Origin: Nageia nagi
Lineage: Eukaryota; Plantae; Pinophyta
DNA: 64,000 bases
Direction of reading: 5' to 3'
NCBI GenBank assembly: GCA_050084985.1
Contig: JBITNC010000001.1
Location: 165,478,001 to 165,542,000 of the forward strand
Position numbers and translations under genes: made by a program. Positions 25,291 to 37,985 of the stretch are shown in pieces; within the stretch, counting starts at the first letter, position 1; each line of letters starts with the position of its first letter. Under the pieces are notes generated by a model. It was not told the DNA's origin. It did not search any database and saw only the letters and a list, made by a program, of their open reading frames with translations.

Positions 25291-28200
25291 TTGTATCTTT
25301 CATATTTTATTTTCTTATACTCTTTTATCCTTTCATCTAACAATTTCTTTTTAAAGTTTGTTTCCTCTACGCATTTGACATATATACCCAAAAGAAGAAG
25401 AAATTCATATATCTTTATTGAAATCTCTAACTATAATAACACTTTCTAAAAATGTTGCAACATCTTTGACTTATTTTTATTAGAATGTCTTCTTATCAAC
25501 AAAATAATGTTCATTACATAACATTGTATTGATTTGCAAGCCTAAAAATTACGAGCAGATTTTCACTAATGTTATTTGGAATAACATTCAAGCATCTTCT
25601 ATGAATGTCACTACATTTTCTAAAATCATTGTAATGCTTTACACCTTAGCATCACTTCCAACTAGGTTTCCATATTTGTTTATGCACCAATATTCTTGTC
25701 ATCACTACATAATATTCTTTCAACTAGGTTTTCATTATTACATAATATTGTTACCAAAGTTTACTACCTTTTTAGTTCTAAAAGTTTAGGGTAGGTTTAT
25801 GCATATCACAATAAAGCATCTACTAGGTGTTCTCTAGAAACTCAAATTATATTTTTGGTATTTTCGCTAAGTGTGTTTTGTAAGTTTTCTTTAATAAAGT
25901 TATTTGTGTTTCCTTGAAACATTAAAAAGTGCTCTTTTAGTCTTGATCATATTACAAAGAGATGAAAATATAAACGCATTAAATATTGCTTTTGTTATAT
26001 TTTGGTTATTGTAGATAATGGACAACTTTTATCATTTCAATGTAGCTTTACTAACTTTTATAATTCGTATCCAAAAAAAATAAACTAATTGGATAAATCT
26101 CTTAGAGGGAAGGTTAATATTTTGAATTTCTTTTATGCAAGAAAAAACTATAAAATGTATAACATAAAGATATATAAAGCATACAGAGGAATGATCAAGA
26201 GCTAGTATAATAAGAGTCCTTATTTTCCATTATTTTCACCATGTTATCTTATTTACAAATTCAATGCATGCCCTCAACTCACATTAAGCATTCAATGCAC
26301 ATGGATCATTTGATTGTCTTCTTGCTTATAGGTCATAAAAACCAAAATAGGTCATAAGATATTTACAAAAAGGACAAAAATATTCTACAAATAATCAAAA
26401 TGTTTATATACAACCACAAATTATCCAAAGCATGTTAGACGATTATTGTAACATTCCTTAAACAATATGAGTGATTATATTATTGCTCGTGGGTGATCAA
26501 TAAGATCAAAGGGACTAGGAAGTATAGCCAAAGAAATACAAAGGAACTAGGGAATAAGTCCCATAAAAGATAACTAACTATGATAAATAAATAAACAAAC
26601 AAATAAAAGGATGGGGAGGTGCAAGCGAAAATCACCAAACCCAAACCCTAGGATTATAATATCCAATTATTCCTAACATCAAAGGTTGGAGGACTATTGG
26701 TGTCTATGAAGAAAGTGGTGATAAGGGATTACATACGTTGCCTTGATGAAAGATGTGTTGATGTTGGTTGAAAATAGGTCTATGGTGCCTAGTACAAAGA
26801 GGTTGTTGGAAGAGCTAGATGGTGGTGCCTGGTGAAGATCATATAAAAATTGACCTATTATTTTTTATGTGAGATAGAAAGTGTCTTGAGGTTGTTTGAC
26901 CCCCTAATAGGAGAAATGGGATGAAAGAAGGAAGTGATCAACCTAGTAGTGGTTGGGGTCTCTTATATAAATTTGTATCTAATTGAGATAACTTCTCAAA
27001 TATATAGGGCCAAACATCATTGATCCAAATATCAATAGGTGGAGAGACAATTGTTGAAGTCTCCAAATAAGTAGTGGAATCTTTTGCAAATCTCATATTA
27101 AATGGGACACCAAAAGATAAAGTGTTCTTTAGACTCTATTTCCCAGATAGAGCAGAGATGATAAATGTGATCCTCCCAAGGGTTGTGGTGATCATATTTG
27201 ATATGAAGTTGGTGGGAATGTACTTTCATCGCTTAATTTTCTAGCCTTACCTAGGTCACCCATTTCCCAAGAGTTGAAAACTTAAGTCCCCCAAGCCAAG
27301 CAACCTCTTCCAAATTCTTGATTCAAACCACCTACCAGATGTCTTGATCCCATCCATTTCAACCCTTTACAATCAGGCCATTTCACCCGAGTCAATCCAA
27401 CTAACACTTATTTGTTGTAACAGGTATGGTTCTCTGTTGCAAATTCGAGATGAGTACCTCAAAGTCAAAGAAAGCAGGAGTTGAGGAACAATACACTAAT
27501 GAAGGGATTGTTTGTGTTGTAAAGTTGTCGAGTGTCTAACTTGGCATTCCAAAAGGAGCCAATATTCTTATAGAACGAGGGTGAATTCTTCCAAAGCAAA
27601 GAAGTCCTAAAGATGGAGACTATGGGCCAGACGACGGAAATTGATATGAAAGGCAAGTGGGGCAAGCTTAATGAGCTTTGAACCTCATGTGTCTATAAGG
27701 AATCCTCCTTTGCATAAGTTGTTTGTTTATATGAAAAGTTTTCTACATATATTGAAGATGTTCAAGCTCTACAAAGTCAAAGTAAGACAGAACTTATTGA
27801 AGCTATGAGAGATTTTCTTTAAAGGGTCATAAAGAGTGAAGGGTTGCGGCATTTCTAGGAGCTTTAATCCAGAACTTGTGAAAATGGCCTATTGTTGTGG
27901 AATTTTGAATATTGTGCTTATCATTGTAAGACTTGAATCGTGAGGATGAGTTAAGCTCCCAGGAATTCAAAGTACAAAGTCAATAATTACGGCTATATTT
28001 TGTTTGTATTAAGTTATAGTTAAAACTTTGGCAATATTAGGCTATCAGAGGAATATTAGGATCATTAAGGTTGGCCCTTCGATTGTTTTAAAACAACATT
28101 ATGGTTGTTAGACTAGTGTCAGACTTTATTATTAGAACTTGGCCCTTTCTATTGTTTCAAAGGGCATTTTAGGGTTTTTTCAATTGCTTTTCATTAAATG

Positions 28201-28633
28201 TTGGTCGTTAAATTAGGGCAACAATTGTCATACTCAGATGTTATAAGTACCCCTCACGAGGTCACTTTTTACTCAGAATGGAAATAGAGAAAAGCTTGCC
28301 CAAGAACGATTGGCCTTTAGTGTTTGTTCTTGAGTTGTGATTTTATATTGATGTTGTGATTGTTGTTCGTTTAGTGGAGTTGTGGAATACTTTATATAAT
28401 ATCTATAATAGTTTTTTATTCACTTGTAGGCATTTCCTTTGAAAACTTCGAGTTTAAGGGAAAGAAGAACGATTATCTTTTGAAGTGAATAAATGAATAT
28501 CAGTTTCATACTTGCACATTAAGTTTTGTATTTTGGGAAATATTTGTTTCTATGTCATTTATGTGGAATCTTGCATGCAGAACGGTGATTAGTGATTGAA
28601 TATTGAACGAATCTTGTGTTGTCATTCCACCAA

Positions 28634-29740
28634 CGCTCTGCTTCCTGCTCGTTCTTTTTATGTACCACAAATATAAAAGTTAATATTTCAAATCCCTGTC
28701 CATTTCTCAAGATATCCCTTAGCTAATCAAAACACTAATTATACATGAAAACTCGTAAATCTACCAAGGATGAGAATAAAAATGAAGAAAAGGACATGAA
28801 AAACAAGTTTAAATTGATGAGTTCTTAGATATACATTTATGTCGTAGAGTCTATAATAAGTTTCATCATTTGAGCTATGATAACCTTTGTTTTATGTGCT
28901 CAACTAACACTTTTTTTGGTGAATGTAGGCAACCACTTCCTTCTGAAGTCTAGAACTAGATGCCGTAGAAAAGGAAACCTAAATCTTTGTCCAATCCATT
29001 TAAGTCCTTCAACCTCAAAGAGATTTGATTTAATGTTCCAATATTGGAATTTTATTTCATAAATGGGCTCTCTCTTTTTCAATGCCTCAAGTAATTCTTC
29101 AAATCTCATGAGGCTTCCTTTTATAGCCTCTTCAAGAAAACATTGGTTGATATTATCATAATGGTGAAGCCATTCATCCCTAATTTCTTTCATCTTCTAT
29201 GAACATTTAGGGTCATGTGCCATTTCATCATATTCTTTGATCATCAAATTTGAATAGTTATGATTAGCCCTAATCATCAATCTACTCCATTTCCCTCTTC
29301 CTCATAATTCATATTGTAATGATGGAGAAAAAGGCCCAAAGTTGGATCTCTCCCGCAAATGGATTGGGATTCCAATACATCATGTGGAAAAAAGGTAGTT
29401 GTACAAATATAACTCACACAGCAGGTCTTGCTAGGTTGGAATAGTAAACAACAACAAAGTATGTTGGTTTTATAATAGTATAGGTATATTGGTTTTATTT
29501 GAGGCCTATGTATTGATGTGAGGTTTCACACAAAACTTTATGGGTTAACATGCTCAGCCAAAAACATTATGCCCTTTATGAAGTTTTTGAAACCCTTAGT
29601 ATCGGGTTTCTTAGCCTATGAATTAGAAATAGGAAAAGAAATAATAGTATTGGGAAGAAAACAAAACTGTAAAGAAATTTGAAAGTAGGAAAAAAGTTTT
29701 ACATAGGTTCAAGCCCTAGAAAGAGCTCTGATACCCCTTG
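28634..29740 (-). mobile_element. Truncated minus-strand LTR element 5' internal region (PBS + gag-like remnant)
   Basis: Reverse PBS GCTCTGATACC at 29725-29735. The leader (29538-29620) resembles 23437-23520. Gag-like ORF at 28900-29193. Confidence 0.5.
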
Positions 29741-31488
29741 TGATTTTGCAAGACCACTAAAAAACACAGCTTCGTAGGTTCCAAGAACCAGAAGCTAGGA
29801 ATTATGCGATGAAGAGGTTTCTAGAAAGAAAAGGAAACATGATCAATGACTGATCCGAAATGGATTTCGAAATCTAAAAAATAAAAGTTCTCAAAATTGT
29901 GTTATTATTCTCTTCAAGTCGAAGAGCTCTCCATCAGCTTCCCAACGCCTTCAATGGTTCGAAAATTCAATATCGTATGTACGATGTATTGTGAATTTAC
30001 ATTAAGTGGGTACATAGTGATTTGTGTGCACTTGATTACACATATGGATTTGTGAAAATATAGAGCAATGGATCTTCCCTGTATGGACACTATACGAATG
30101 TGCTGAGATGATTGTTGATTTTGAAGGATGATTGGGGTTGCAATGGCCTATCTAGAAGTGAAGGTGATGATAGGCTTTTCTCCCTATCATTGCTTGTTTG
30201 GCCTATGCTTTCATGTGCTTGTTAACAAGTTGCTTGTAAGGTCTGTTAGATTATGAATGCATAAGTGGGATGATTATGTTTGAAACATAGTCTAGTGTGA
30301 TAATTTGTGGCTTGCTCTATCTATGGATGGCATATGCTAAGGCTATTGCATGGAAGGTGTCAATCAAAGGGTAACCTGATCAACAATATGCTTGGTATTG
30401 AATCAAGATCACATTTCTTCTCTTAGTGTATAAGCTAAATGTGCTAAATGAGTTGGCCAAGTGGTGCATCTGCTAAATGCCATGCATGATTTGCCCAAAT
30501 GTAGTTGATGTTGGATAAATCAGCCTTGATCCAAATTATAGTGCATAACTCATCTGAAAGGAATCTATGAAAAAATTAAAACTACATGCTGAGACAAACA
30601 TGTTTATACCTCAACTACATACAGTCCAAGGTGGAAGTGCGAAGCAGACCAAAATGCCGTTGAAACTTAAGAAGCCAAATACAGTATAAGAAGGAATCAC
30701 AATTAAGCAGCCTAAGAATCATAACTCCGCCCAAACCAGATTCCATATGTGATCTCAATAATAAGCATAACTCAACTAAGCCTAAGGAACTTCTATCTTA
30801 ACAATACTAGCTCTATACAGTATATAGTGAAACTTTACGACGATCATTGAATCTGTTTAATGTGATAAAAGAGCACTTATATGATGGTTAAAGTCTTTGT
30901 CCAAGTGAACTAAGGTACTATAGAAGGGTTTGATTTAAGTTTACTGGTGCACACGTTTAAAAGACATTAAAAGCACCATTCCAAGATTTCATTGATCTGT
31001 ATGATGATCTAGTAGTTGAAAAAACAAAATAATTATAAGCTTAAAAGCTTGTTCTCATGTTCCTTGTGATGCCTCTGGTTCTTTACAAGTATGTTAGTTA
31101 CTACTGTAATTAATTGTAATGGAATGAAGATATAAGTCTTACAGGTGCTGTGTTTCTCCCAAGCCAGAAGATAGTAGACATTGTTAGTATAATAAACTTA
31201 ATATGCTGTGCATTTTTCTATTTAAGAGTTGAAGTATCCTATGCATTTGTAAGTGTATGACATTCAATTATTTTTCAGCTTGTAATAAACCCATGTTAAG
31301 ATGATGTAATATATGACAACTAGGACTATCACAAACAATGCATAATGCAAAAACAGTTACCGTTATAAAGTGAATATATACTGATATAGATTATCTTACT
31401 ACACTTAAAAACTAAATTCATGAATAGAATCTGAATCAAGGACAGTCCTATTTAAAATCTGTATAAAACTCAAGGATACACTAATTAT

Positions 31489-32105
31489 TAGGGTCGGGGG
31501 CAGGTTTTGGTGGTGCATTCTGGACAGTAGGGTCAATTTCTTGGGAACATTAAGGATGGCAAAAAATACATTGAATTACAGTATTTTCAAAAATATCAGT
31601 TAAAATATTAAAATCAGTTTCTTTCATAGTAAAACATGAATGCATAGATACATAAAACCAAATACAAAACTTGAATATACTCATACAACATTAATAAGTA
31701 ATTAGGATCTAGAGAACACAAGCTATATTATATTTAAATTTTCAATGTTCACCACCAAATGAAAAATGCTTAAATGGAGTCCAAGTCCAATACAAAACTG
31801 TATTTGTAAAAAAATAAGGATAAATAAAAAACTATTCTTCTAAGTTTGTCGACTCAAGCTAAAATCGGTTCTTGGTTGGCTTCCTAACCCATCAAAATCA
31901 TCATTATTTGAGTCATTATCTTCAATCATCACATAATCAAACTCATCCAACATTACTCCAAACAATCCCTACTAATCCTCATCATCATCATTTTGCCTTC
32001 CAATCAACTTTTCTGCTACGTGAGAGGTGATCTACTTGCTTCTCATGCTACAAATAATTATGTATTTAGACCAATTTCTATCAGCGGCAACGGAATTAAC
32101 AAGCT
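31489..32105 (-). mobile_element. hAT DNA transposon 3' remnant (C-terminal dimerisation domain)
   Basis: Minus strand 32105-32002 translates LVNSVAADRNWSKYIIICSMRSK*ITSHVAEKLI, matching the hAT SSxxERNWS..IHS..RNRL...AEKLV motif. It is followed by an acidic tail; TIR-like TAGGGTCGGGG at 31489. Confidence 0.65.
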
Positions 32106-32399
32106 AAGATAGCATATGAATGGAAATATATCTCGTTTCTTGCATCCATCCCATAGAGTTGCCACTGTCCAAGAGGGTCTTGCTAGGCAAAGGTAGACAC
32201 ATCCTCTCTACACTTTGCCCAACTAAAAGTTGCACCCTTAAGTTTTTCAAATTTCAATATCTCATCATGAAGTGTTTGGGCCTCCTCCCTAGAGTAGACC
32301 TTTAAAGGACACTCAAGAACACTTATTTCACATCAGCTTCATTTGGAGGTAATTTTCCTAGCTTAGGGACATAGCATTTGGGCTGAATAATGGGAAAAT

Positions 32400-32779
32400 G
32401 GAATTTAGCTACAATTTTTATCGTGATGGATACTTCGCTGTGAAAGTGAGAAATCTTTGTATTTGTTGCATTTGGAAGAACTTAAAACGTCATGGTGCCC
32501 TAGATGCATATCCTTTCGAGATGCTATCAAAAACAAATTGCAGGGTCCAAAGGAAGAGATCATTGTTGGCCGTCCACAACGCAAACTACGTATGCCCAGA
32601 ATGGATCCCATAGAAATTGAATCTGGGTGTCTACATGTTGCACAAGAGATTCCTAAGGTTTCGATAGACAATGAGGGCTTCTATAGCGACATTGACAAAT
32701 ATGAATCACATGCCCTAACTAGCAAGTTCCTGGGCATCCGACCAAACTAGCACACCATCGAATCCTGGGTTGCAGACAA
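32400..32779 (+). mobile_element. L1-type LINE, piece 1 (5' region and ORF1 start)
   Basis: YESHALTSKFLGIRPN*HTIESWVADN, a DUF4283-type ORF1, continues at 34264 as NWETQG. The 5' boundary is approximate. Confidence 0.7.
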
Positions 32780-34263
32780 TGTAATATTCCCAAATTTTGG
32801 TGTATCATTCACTTTAGCATAAGAAAGTGGAACATGCACCCTCATTGTGCTCTTTTAGTCATTTAGAAGTATTTTAGTAGTTTTAGAGTAATTTGGGAAT
32901 ATTTTGATAAATTCGACATTAATTATTGGATTTTCTATGTTTTATCCCACTTGGAGGCTCTTCAACATGTGACATTGGACTTTGAGTCATTGCTTGTTAT
33001 TGTTATTTGTAATTTACATGGGCCACTTAAAGATGCCAAATAAATATTGTAAGTGTAATAACAAGGAAAAATTACAATTGTAAATGCAATATTAGTCTCC
33101 CTTAGTGAGGTATTGCATATCTTGGCCTTGATGAATTGTAATTTGGCATCTAGAGGCACTTAGAAGCCTCTCAATATAATAGTGCTTCCCCCTAAGTTGG
33201 ATGCATCACTAGGGGAAGAGCACAAGGATTATAAGAAGGTGAAACTAATCTCGAAGCATAGAAGATATCAAGAGGGAACTATTGCACCTAGAGGAGAAAT
33301 CTGGAATCGTTGGATGTGATCTTGTGGATCCCAAGGCACTACAACTTGTGATGTCTCACCCCATGGGTGAATGTATACCCCATGCCTTGATTATGATGAT
33401 CCCAATGCATCTTACAAGAAAGACATCCAAAGGCTAAAAAAGGGAGAGTATTGGACTCATTTGGATAGCTTGTTTGGAGTAATTCTCTCTTTTTCAAGTT
33501 GCGGGCGCCGACTCCTTCCATTGCCTCTTGCAAACGAAAACCCACAAGGGAGGTGTTGAGATCTAGCAAAGTCTCTGGGCTATATGGATCACTACTTTGA
33601 GGGTTAGCGCATCTCAAAGGACTTGCTAGCTATCTAGGGGTGTAAGCATTACCCTAGATTATTTAACAATGCTAGAGGGACCTTGGTGTCTTTGCCAAGG
33701 TTTGGAGGAGGAAGTCCTAGTACAAGCCTTGCTACTTCTATGGGACAACCCTGTTGCTTATCTTCAGCTTTCAGCATTTTAAAAGCATCTTCATCTAGGG
33801 CATCATTGCTCTAGATCAAGAGGCATGTAACTCAATTTCACTTGCAATATTATTTGAATTACATTTTGGGGCTCACTTTCTTGTGTTCTTTGTGAGTTTG
33901 GCCCTAGTAACCTAGACATTACATGATTGAGGTAGAAATTGTTGAGTTTTGCACTTAATTGTTAGATGTTGGACTATTGTGGTTGAGATCTTGCTTTTCT
34001 GGCCAGTCGTCAAATTTGTTGGTGCTTAATTACTAAGTTTATGCACTTGAGGTTGGACAATGGGTCATCCTTGACATAGACATTGGGTTCTTGTTGGTAA
34101 TTTGCCCCTTTTAGGCTAGACATTTCCATTTTCAAGAATGGAATAGGGCATTTTCGGTGATTTAAGTGCATAGATGGCTTGATTGCTAATTTTGGTGAAT
34201 TCTAATTATATTTGTGAGCCCCTTTGGCACGATTTTGGATTAGCCCTAGTCCAAAATATTTCA
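32780..34263. mobile_element. Solo-LTR-like insertion in LINE ORF1
   Basis: Interrupts the ORF1 reading. Termini TGTAATATT...AATATTTCA, with an internal second end ACATTACA at 33923. No clean 5-bp TSD. Confidence 0.6.
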
Positions 34264-36866
34264 AACTGGGAAACACAAGGTTAGATAACTATAAGCTTCT
34301 ACTCCAATAGCTATTTCATTGCTCTCTTTACTAATGAGTTGGATAAGGAAACGGTCTTTGAGGAAGGACAATGATTTTTGGGTAGAGTTGGCCAATTTAT
34401 GAAGCCATGGCACACCAGGTTTAAACTAGAAGAAGAGTCTCCTTTCTCTGGTCTAGTGTGGGTCCAACTTCCTAGGGAACTTTAGAATGAAGATCTCTTT
34501 CAAGCTGTGGGAAAATCTTTAGGCGGCTTCATGGGCATTTCAAACAAAACCGATTGACTCTCCTCTTCCTACTCAAATCAAAATTAATCCACCATCAAGG
34601 GGAATGATTCACATGCAAACCATTGACTATGAGAACCTGCCTTTATATTGTCAGATATGCTCAGAATATGGGCACTTAGCAAAAGCTTGCCCATTTGCCC
34701 AATCCTAGAAGTTTGATTCTAAAGTTCCAAAAGATGGTTTCCAAGTTCCCAAAAAGAATCACCAGACCAATAATCAAAATAGACAGGTAAGCGACTTAAA
34801 AGACTACAATCCCCTTGAGATTCTACATAACCCAAAACCAATGAAGATACACAAGAACCCATGGAGCAAAACCAAGAAGATAATATACAAAGCTCTAACA
34901 CTCAAGCTAAGCAGATGACAAGTTTGAATCACAATGTGGTCAATTCCTCATAGCAACCTGACTTCACACCTCAATCCAAACAGAATCCCCCTCTGCAGCC
35001 CATGGACATGAACATGGAAGACACCTCACGAAAACACTGATCCATTGCACTTTGCCAACGACCACTCGAGACAATTCAAGGGTGCCACTAAATGAAAAGC
35101 TAAAAAGTACAGCCATTAGGCAAACCCATAATTCCATCAAAGCTCCTATAGTTGGCATCATTAAAAAGAAAAAGGGGTGCACTACAAATCAAGAAAAATC
35201 AGCCAGGAGGCTCTAAAAAACATTGAAGAAGGCAGCCAATCGAAGTTAAAGGAGCTCCTTCCCTCCAAAAAACTTCATGTTTCCCAATGATTTTCATCTC
35301 TTGGAACACTAGGGGTCTCCATGAATCCTTGAAACTCCCTCAAGTCAAAGCATTAGTAGAATTAAAAATGACAATAGTAGAGGAAAGTATAAAAGCAAAT
35401 TTTGGCCCAAGAGTTCCCTTTTTGCTAGTAATTCGAATTGCCAATCAAGAGGGATTATCACCCTTTGGGACATTTCTAGAATAGATTGTAAATTAGAAAT
35501 GGTAACTAATAATTGGATTTGTGCAAAAAGCAATGACTCGGGTCTCAATTTTGGGTTGGGCTCTTGAATATTTATGCCCCCCAAGAACTCCCAAGGAAAT
35601 TAGAGTGTTGGAGGTAGATTTCGATCTGGTTGGACTTACATAAGGATCTCCCATGTGTAGTGGCGTGTGATTTCAATGCTATCAAGCCTTTATTGAAAAA
35701 GGAGGTAAGAGCAAGCTTGAACAACTATGTTTAATGATTTCAATGAACACAACCAACTTTTAGAGCCAATGAGTAAGAAAGGTAGTTTTACATGGACAAA
35801 TAAGCAGACAACCTAGTTTAAGGTAATGGAAAAGCTAGACAGATTTCTCCTTTCACCCCAATGGCTAATACATGGTCTCATTGCTTAGGCAAAGGTTTTA
35901 GCACATAGCGGTTCTAATCATTGGCCGATCTCCTTGTCTATTGAACTACCTTCCAAAAGAAAACGTACCCCATTCCATCTTGAAAAGATGTGGTTCTCCC
36001 ACCCAGAATTTTCTGATTTAGTAGATGGTTGGTGGAAGAAGCCCAATCTTCCAAGCTCAAGAATGTCTAACTTTGCTATCAAATTAGGGAAAGAGAAGCT
36101 AAACCAATGGAATAACCAAATCTTTGGAAACATTTTTGAAAAGAGAACAGGATTAGAGCTAGAACTACAAGAAGTTGAGCAAAAACTTCAAGTTGAACCA
36201 GATGACACACTTCATGCCTAGGAACAAATTCTTACACAACAATTAGATATGATTTATTTACAAGAGGAAATTTTCTAGAAACAAAAATCCAGATTGAATT
36301 GGCTCAAGGAAGGTGACAAGAATACCAACACCATCTCTTCACCAGAGGACCTTAACGAACACATTACATCATTCTATCAACACCTACTTTAGGAAGAGGA
36401 CAGTCGAAGAGACCATGCACAACAACATTTTCTAGACTTAATTCCAAACCTAAGGACTCTGGCTTAGCATACTAGTCTTGTTGCCCCCATTTCAGTTGAT
36501 GAAGGAGAAAAGGCAATGTTCTAGATGAAAAGCTTTGACGCACCTAGGCCCAATGGTTTCCCTCCTGATTTTTATTAAAAAAAATTTCCTCTTCTCAAAG
36601 ATGAGGTAGTTGAAGTTGTCCGGGAAATTTTTAAGAAGGTTTAATCATACATTCATTGCTCTCATCCCAAAATCTGAAAATGTCAAATCCATTGATGGCT
36701 TTAGACCTATTTCCCTATGCAACTCCATTTACAAGATTATTTCTAAAGTTGCAGCCAATAGACTAAAAATAGTGCTCCCATCTCTCATTTTGGATGAACA
36801 AAAAGCCTTTATCAACAAAAGACAGCTCTTGGATGGTCCTATTCTCATTCATGAACTACTACACTT
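34264..36866 (+). mobile_element. LINE piece 2: rest of ORF1 (zinc knuckle) and ORF2 endonuclease to RT start, degenerate
   Basis: MKPW..VWVQLP and IDYENLPLYCQICSEYGHLAKACP in ORF1. ORF2 MIFISWNTRGL (35287), MEKLDRFL, SGSNHWP, FRPISLCNSIYKIISK. Confidence 0.92.
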
Positions 36867-37985
36867 TGTTGGGAAGTGTTGAGGGGTTTTACTTTCCTAT
36901 CCTTGAGGATCGGCAAATGGTGTCACAAATCTCATGGAAAGAATCCAACACCTGACTGGTAGGGCATAACCCCTACCCCCTATGAGGACTTTTACCTCAA
37001 AGGTTTGAAAATGGAGGGTGTATGGGTTCACTCAGGTGAAACGGTGGAGATGTTTAAAGTTGTTGCCAACTCAAAATATAATCTTGTTAATCAAGGACTC
37101 AAAGGGTCCCTAATCCAGGTATAATTGTTTCTCAAAAAGGGGAAAATAAAAATGGTTTGTTGCGAAAGTCGTGCAAAGAAAATAAAAAAAAAAGGTTGTG
37201 AAAAGACGGTGATATATGAGTGGGGCTCTAGGGCTATGTTTTCACTGATTCATATGACCTTCTGAGACCGAACTTGTGTGAGTTTGGTATAGGTCCCACG
37301 CACCCCAATTCCAGCTCGAAAGGCGACAACATGATTGTCCTGACGAGAGGAGCTTGGCGCTAAGGCAATGAAAAGAAGAGGTAAGGTATGGGTATGACTC
37401 AATCGTGGTGTGAAGTTCCTATGTTAAAGGGCATACACAATTCATCATCAGAACATATTATTCCTAAGTGCAAACTATGAAACATCACACTAAAACACTT
37501 CTCGAAATATTTCTAAAGATATGCAAGCACTCTTTTATCCACCTGTTAGGTTTATAAAATGACTCAAATACTCAAGATAGCATTAAAATGTAACAGTCAT
37601 TCACATTCATAGTCTCAAATGAAACAAGCTCACTTCAATTCCTTGAAATTATATCACAATTGCAAAAAGGGAAAACTTGTAAGTTTTTAGAATATTATCT
37701 TAAGCAATCCCAATTGCAAAAAATCTTTGATGCCTTTACAAATGAGCCCAAATAGGCTACTTATAGTCTTTAGAGCAACCCAAAGTGTTGCCCTAACCCT
37801 AATTACGATTTCTAAGAAATGAAATATGGTCCAACATAAATATGCCACATGGCATTACAAGATGTCCTCCAAATTTTTGGGAGCAAATCCTCATCCATCA
37901 CAAATTTGGGAATTTATTAACAAATAAATAAAGCCTCCAAAAGTAATTATGAAATATAATAAATGCAAGATAACAAATATTGTGA

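Noticed and set aside
25900-31400. Additional LTR fragments and possible complete elements
   Set aside because: There are LTR-like signals (TATA at ~28241, CCACCAAC end at ~28630), but I could not pair LTRs or find TSDs, so only the PBS/gag remnant is reported.
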